A DNA stretch of 62,851 nucleotides, the filler included, from Basidiobolus meristosporus CBS 931.73 (lineage: Eukaryota > Fungi > Basidiobolomycota), in assembly GCA_002104905.1 (NCBI GenBank). It is 4 parts of 4 records of this genome, joined end to end, with 100 filler letters (N's around TTAATTAATTAA, not from the genome) between each part and the next. Parts side by side here need not be neighbours in the genome. Positions count along the whole stretch, not along the records: positions 45,648 to 62,851 come from MCFE01001099.1; 3 more parts are not named here. One strand, written 5' to 3'. Within the stretch, counting starts at the first letter, position 1; each line of letters starts with the position of its first letter. Position numbers and translations under genes: made by a program. Shown piece by piece: positions 59,598-62,851 of the stretch. The notes below the pieces were generated by a model. It searched no databases, was not told the DNA's origin, and saw nothing but the letters and a program-made list of their open reading frames with translations.

Positions 59598-62500
59598 TGT
59601 TATGAATAGACACAAGGCAGGAGAGTAGGGCTAGGCAAGGCAGGACCAGGAAAGGACTTAGGTGTGGATCAACAAGGCAAGGCGGATTTCCAAGGCAAGG
59701 CTGTTTATTCAAGACCTGTGTTTATCAGACTGAGGAATACTTAAGGGGGAATAGGACTATATATACTTTTTGGCTATACTGATGCCAAGAGATATTAGCT
59801 AATACTAATAGGGTTGTGGGGTGAGGCACAGCAATGGTGCTGGGGATAATGACATAGATGACACGGCACTGAGACAGGATGGGGAAATGGATTGGGTCAC
59901 CTGATCATGTGACTAAGTCATGTGACCTGGTATTTCCATATATGGTACTAGACTATGAAAAATACGATGGAAAGCTTCCATGGAATGTTCCATTGTGTAA
60001 CAATGGTTTGGAATGGTCAGGAACTTTCTGGAAGGTGGTAGAAGGTTCCAGTAGGAATCTCTTACAAATTGAGCTAGGAAGCTGAAACTTGGCGTGGGTG
60101 TTCATGGTTGTCATGTGATCATGACACTATTCTCCTCTTCCAGGCAAAGCTCTGTTTCCCTTTGGGGCAGGTTTTGCAGGATATTGTTGGTGGAACTGGG
60201 TAACCAGTTCTTGACAATTAGTGAGATGGGTAGCTGGTTCCCATGTTTGGTCACTTGGGCCATAACCAATCCAGTCTACTAAGTAGTACAGCTTTGACTG
60301 GATATACTTGGAGTCTAGAATCTGTTTAACTTCAAATTCTTGATGTTGGTCAACCTGGATGGCTTGGGGCTTTGCTTCTTGCCGGTTTGGCAATGTGTTC
60401 CTACAATACGGCTCCAGGAGGGACACATGGAAAGTATTGTGGATTTTCATACTTGCTGGTAACTGTAGCTGATATACTATAGGGCTAAGCTTCTTCTTGA
60501 TCTTGAAGGGACCAAGTTTCTTGAAATCCAACTTGTCACAAGGGCGGTTGGTGCAGATGTTTCTTCTGAGCAACCATACAGAATCTCCTTCATTAAGATC
60601 AGGGCTGGGATGCTGTTTTAGATTGGCAAATTTCTTGTAGCTTTCCTGAGCTAATGATAGCTCTTCCTTGAGGGTGTTCTGGATGTCCTGGATTGCTTGG
60701 GCATGTTCAGCTGCATGTGGGCTCATTGGGTTTGTTGGAATCTGGATATCAAACTGAGGGTGGAATCCATAGTTTGCATAGAATGGTGTAAAACCGGTTG
60801 CACTATGGCTTGAGTTGTTGTAGGCAAACTCAGCAACAGGGAGTAGATCAACCCAATTGTCTTGCTGGTAATTGATATAGCACCGGAGGTATTGCTCTAG
60901 AATCTGGTTGATTCTTTCAGTCTGGCCATCGGACTGTGGATGGAAGGCAGTAGAGAGCTTGACTTGAACACCAAGGTATTGCGTGAAGTGTTTCCAAAAC
61001 TTGGACACAAACTGTGGGCCTCTATCTGACACAATATCACTGGGGATACCATGAAGGCGGAAAATATTCTTCAGGACTAAAGCAGCTGTTTCTTTTGCAT
61101 CAGTGTTCTTACAGCAAGGGATAAAGTGAGCCATCTTGGTCAGCTGGTCAGCCACTACAAGTATAGCATTGAAGCCACATGACTCAGGGAGGTCAGTAAT
61201 GAAGTCCATAGATATAGATCTCCATTGGTGTTCTGGGATAGGCAGGGGCTGAAGAAGTCCATAAGGCTGGTGTCTGGCTGGTTTTGTACGGTTGCAAATA
61301 TCACAAGTCAGAATGTATTCTTTGATAAGAGTTATCATTCTAGGCCACCAGAAATCTCTTTTGATAGCATTCAAGGTTTTGGCAGTACCAAAGTGGCCTG
61401 CAACCATTGAATCATGCCGAGACTTAATGATGTCTAGTTGGGTGGCAAGATCTGGGACATAAAGCTGCTGCTTGTGGTAGATGAGGTTGTTTACCAAATG
61501 CAGGTTCTGGATGTTTGGGAACTTGGGAGGGGGCCCAACTGGGGATTTGAGATATTTCTTGACGGTGCTGGAAGTCATATCAGAGGCTTGGGATTCTGAT
61601 ATCCTTACTACGAATGAAGGGATGACAAGACTTGAGGACTGGGTGGCAAGAATCTCAAAATATTTCTTGCTCAGCAATGGGTGTTCCATTTGCCGACAGG
61701 CATCATCTCCCTCTTCCAGGGCATATTCCTTTTTTCTGGACAGGGCATCAGGCTTTCCTTGCTTTGCACCAGGTCTATAGGTGATAGTAAAGTCAAAGCT
61801 GGACAGGAAGAGTGACCATCTGGCTTGTCTCCGGTTTAGTACTTTAGAAGTTGCAAAGTACTCAAGGTTCTTATGGTCACAGAAGACTTTGATTTTGTGT
61901 TTAGCACCATCCAGGTAGTGTCTCCATTGCTCAAAGGCTACAATGATGGCAAGCAACTCCTTATCATAGATATCATAGTTAATCTCTGCAGGGGAAAACT
62001 TCCGAGAGTAGAATGCAATGGGGTGCAACACATTGTCCTCATCATACTGGGAGAGTATGGCACCAAGGGCAAAATCAGAAGCATCAGTCTCCACTATGAA
62101 TTGCTTCTCAAGGTCAGGGTGGGCAAGCAGGGGGGCCTTCAGGAAAGATTTCTTAAGTTGGTTGAATGAGGTGGATTGCTCCTCATTCCAGGCAAAAGGT
62201 GTGTTCTTCTGGGTTAGCTTTGTCAGAGGGGTGACTATCTTGGAGTAGTTGGCTATGAACCTGCGATAGAAGTTGGCAAATCCCAGGAAGGATTGTACTT
62301 CCTTGACTGAGCTTGGAGTTTTCCAGGACTGGACTGAGTCAACTTTCTTTGGGTCCATTCTTGTTCCCTCAGGGCTGATGAGGTAACCAAGAAATTCCAC
62401 TTCTCTCTGGTCAAATTCACACTTCTCTAACTTGGCATAGAGACCGGCAGAGTCTAGTTTTCTCAATACTTTCTTGACATGTTCATCATGTTCATCTTGG

Positions 62501-62851
62501 CTCTTGGAGTATATGAGAATATCATCAAGGTAGATTACCACAAACTGGTCAAGGTATTCACGGAATATATCATTCATGAGGTGTTGAAACACAGCAGGGG
62601 CATTGGTGAGGCCAAATGGCATTACTTTGTACTCAAAGTGAACCATATCTTGTGCAAAAGGCAGTTTTCCATTCATCACCAGGCTTGATTCTGACAAGAT
62701 TGTAAGCTCCTCTCAAGTCTATCTTGGTGAAGACTTTGGGCAGCAGATAGCTGATCCAACAGTGTGTTGATCAGGGGCAGGGGGTAGCGGTTCTTGACTG
62801 TGATCTTATTCAAAGCACGGTAGTCCACACACATTCTGAGGGTGCCATCCT
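59598..62851 (-). mobile_element. Chromovirus (Ty3/gypsy) 3' part: pol, PPT, and 529-bp 3' LTR (59598-60126)
   Basis: LTR TGTCATGA...TCATAACA; PPT GGAAGAGGAGAATAG overlapping the stop codon; element continues beyond the window. Confidence 0.92.
60127..62697 (-). CDS. pol: Pol: RT, RNase H, integrase and chromodomain (about 60190-60339); the true frame continues upstream across two +1 frameshifts
   Basis: YLDD; ETDASDFA; SMDFIT/VSDRG/TERIN; [11 protein letters not shown]...YYLVDWIGY...TWEP. Confidence 0.93.
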   Translation of the reverse strand: MSESSLVMNGKLPFAQDMVHFEYKVMPFGLTNAPAVFQHLMNDIFREYLDQFVVIYLDDILIYSKSQDEHDEHVKKVLRKLDSAGLYAKLEKCEFDQREVEFLGYLISPEGTRMDPKKVDSVQSWKTPSSVKEVQSFLGFANFYRRFIANYSKIVTPLTKLTQKNTPFAWNEEQSTSFNQLKKSFLKAPLLAHPDLEKQFIVETDASDFALGAILSQYDEDNVLHPIAFYSRKFSPAEINYDIYDKELLAIIVAFEQWRHYLDGAKHKIKVFCDHKNLEYFATSKVLNRRQARWSLFLSSFDFTITYRPGAKQGKPDALSRKKEYALEEGDDACRQMEHPLLSKKYFEILATQSSSLVIPSFVVRISESQASDMTSSTVKKYLKSPVGPPPKFPNIQNLHLVNNLIYHKQQLYVPDLATQLDIIKSRHDSMVAGHFGTAKTLNAIKRDFWWPRMITLIKEYILTCDICNRTKPARHQPYGLLQPLPIPEHQWRSISMDFITDLPESCGFNAILVVADQLTKMAHFIPCCKNTDAKETAALVLKNIFRLHGIPSDIVSDRGPQFVSKFWKHFTQYLGVQVKLSTAFHPQSDGQTERINQILEQYLRCYINYQQDNWVDLLPVAEFAYNNSSHSATGFTPFYANYGFHPQFDIQIPTNPMSPHAAEHAQAIQDIQNTLKEELSLAQESYKKFANLKQHPSPDLNEGDSVWLLRRNICTNRPCDKLDFKKLGPFKIKKKLSPIVYQLQLPASMKIHNTFHVSLLEPYCRNTLPNRQEAKPQAIQVDQHQEFEVKQILDSKYIQSKLYYLVDWIGYGPSDQTWEPATHLTNCQELVTQFHQQYPAKPAPKGNRALPGRGE

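Overview
Eukaryotic, gene-free, repeat-saturated DNA, most likely fungal and possibly from an early-diverging lineage (inference from the transposon families, the 5S sequence and the near absence of tRNA introns). The window is four contigs joined by artificial 100-bp spacers (44N-TTAATTAATTAA-44N at 20510, 35084 and 45548), so adjacency across those joins is not reliable. Main result: contig 35184-45547 is entirely a head-to-tail tandem array with a 5488-bp unit. Each unit carries 14 tRNA genes, one isoacceptor for each of 14 different amino acids, plus one 5S rRNA gene. The rest is nested transposons: (1) an intact-looking Ty3/gypsy element with identical LTRs but a D-to-N change in the integrase catalytic triad; (2) a second intact gypsy ORF whose primer-binding site is an 18/18 match to the array's tRNA-Ala(AGC) and whose 5' LTR forms part of a 717-bp palindrome; (3) a full-length copia element inserted antisense into a copy of its own family, the two sharing four premature stops; (4) a chromovirus pol; (5) about 13 copia LTRs, CMC/EnSpm-like ends, a MITE and an unidentified multicopy decayed ORF. 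No host protein-coding gene was recognised. All alignments and counts were done by eye.
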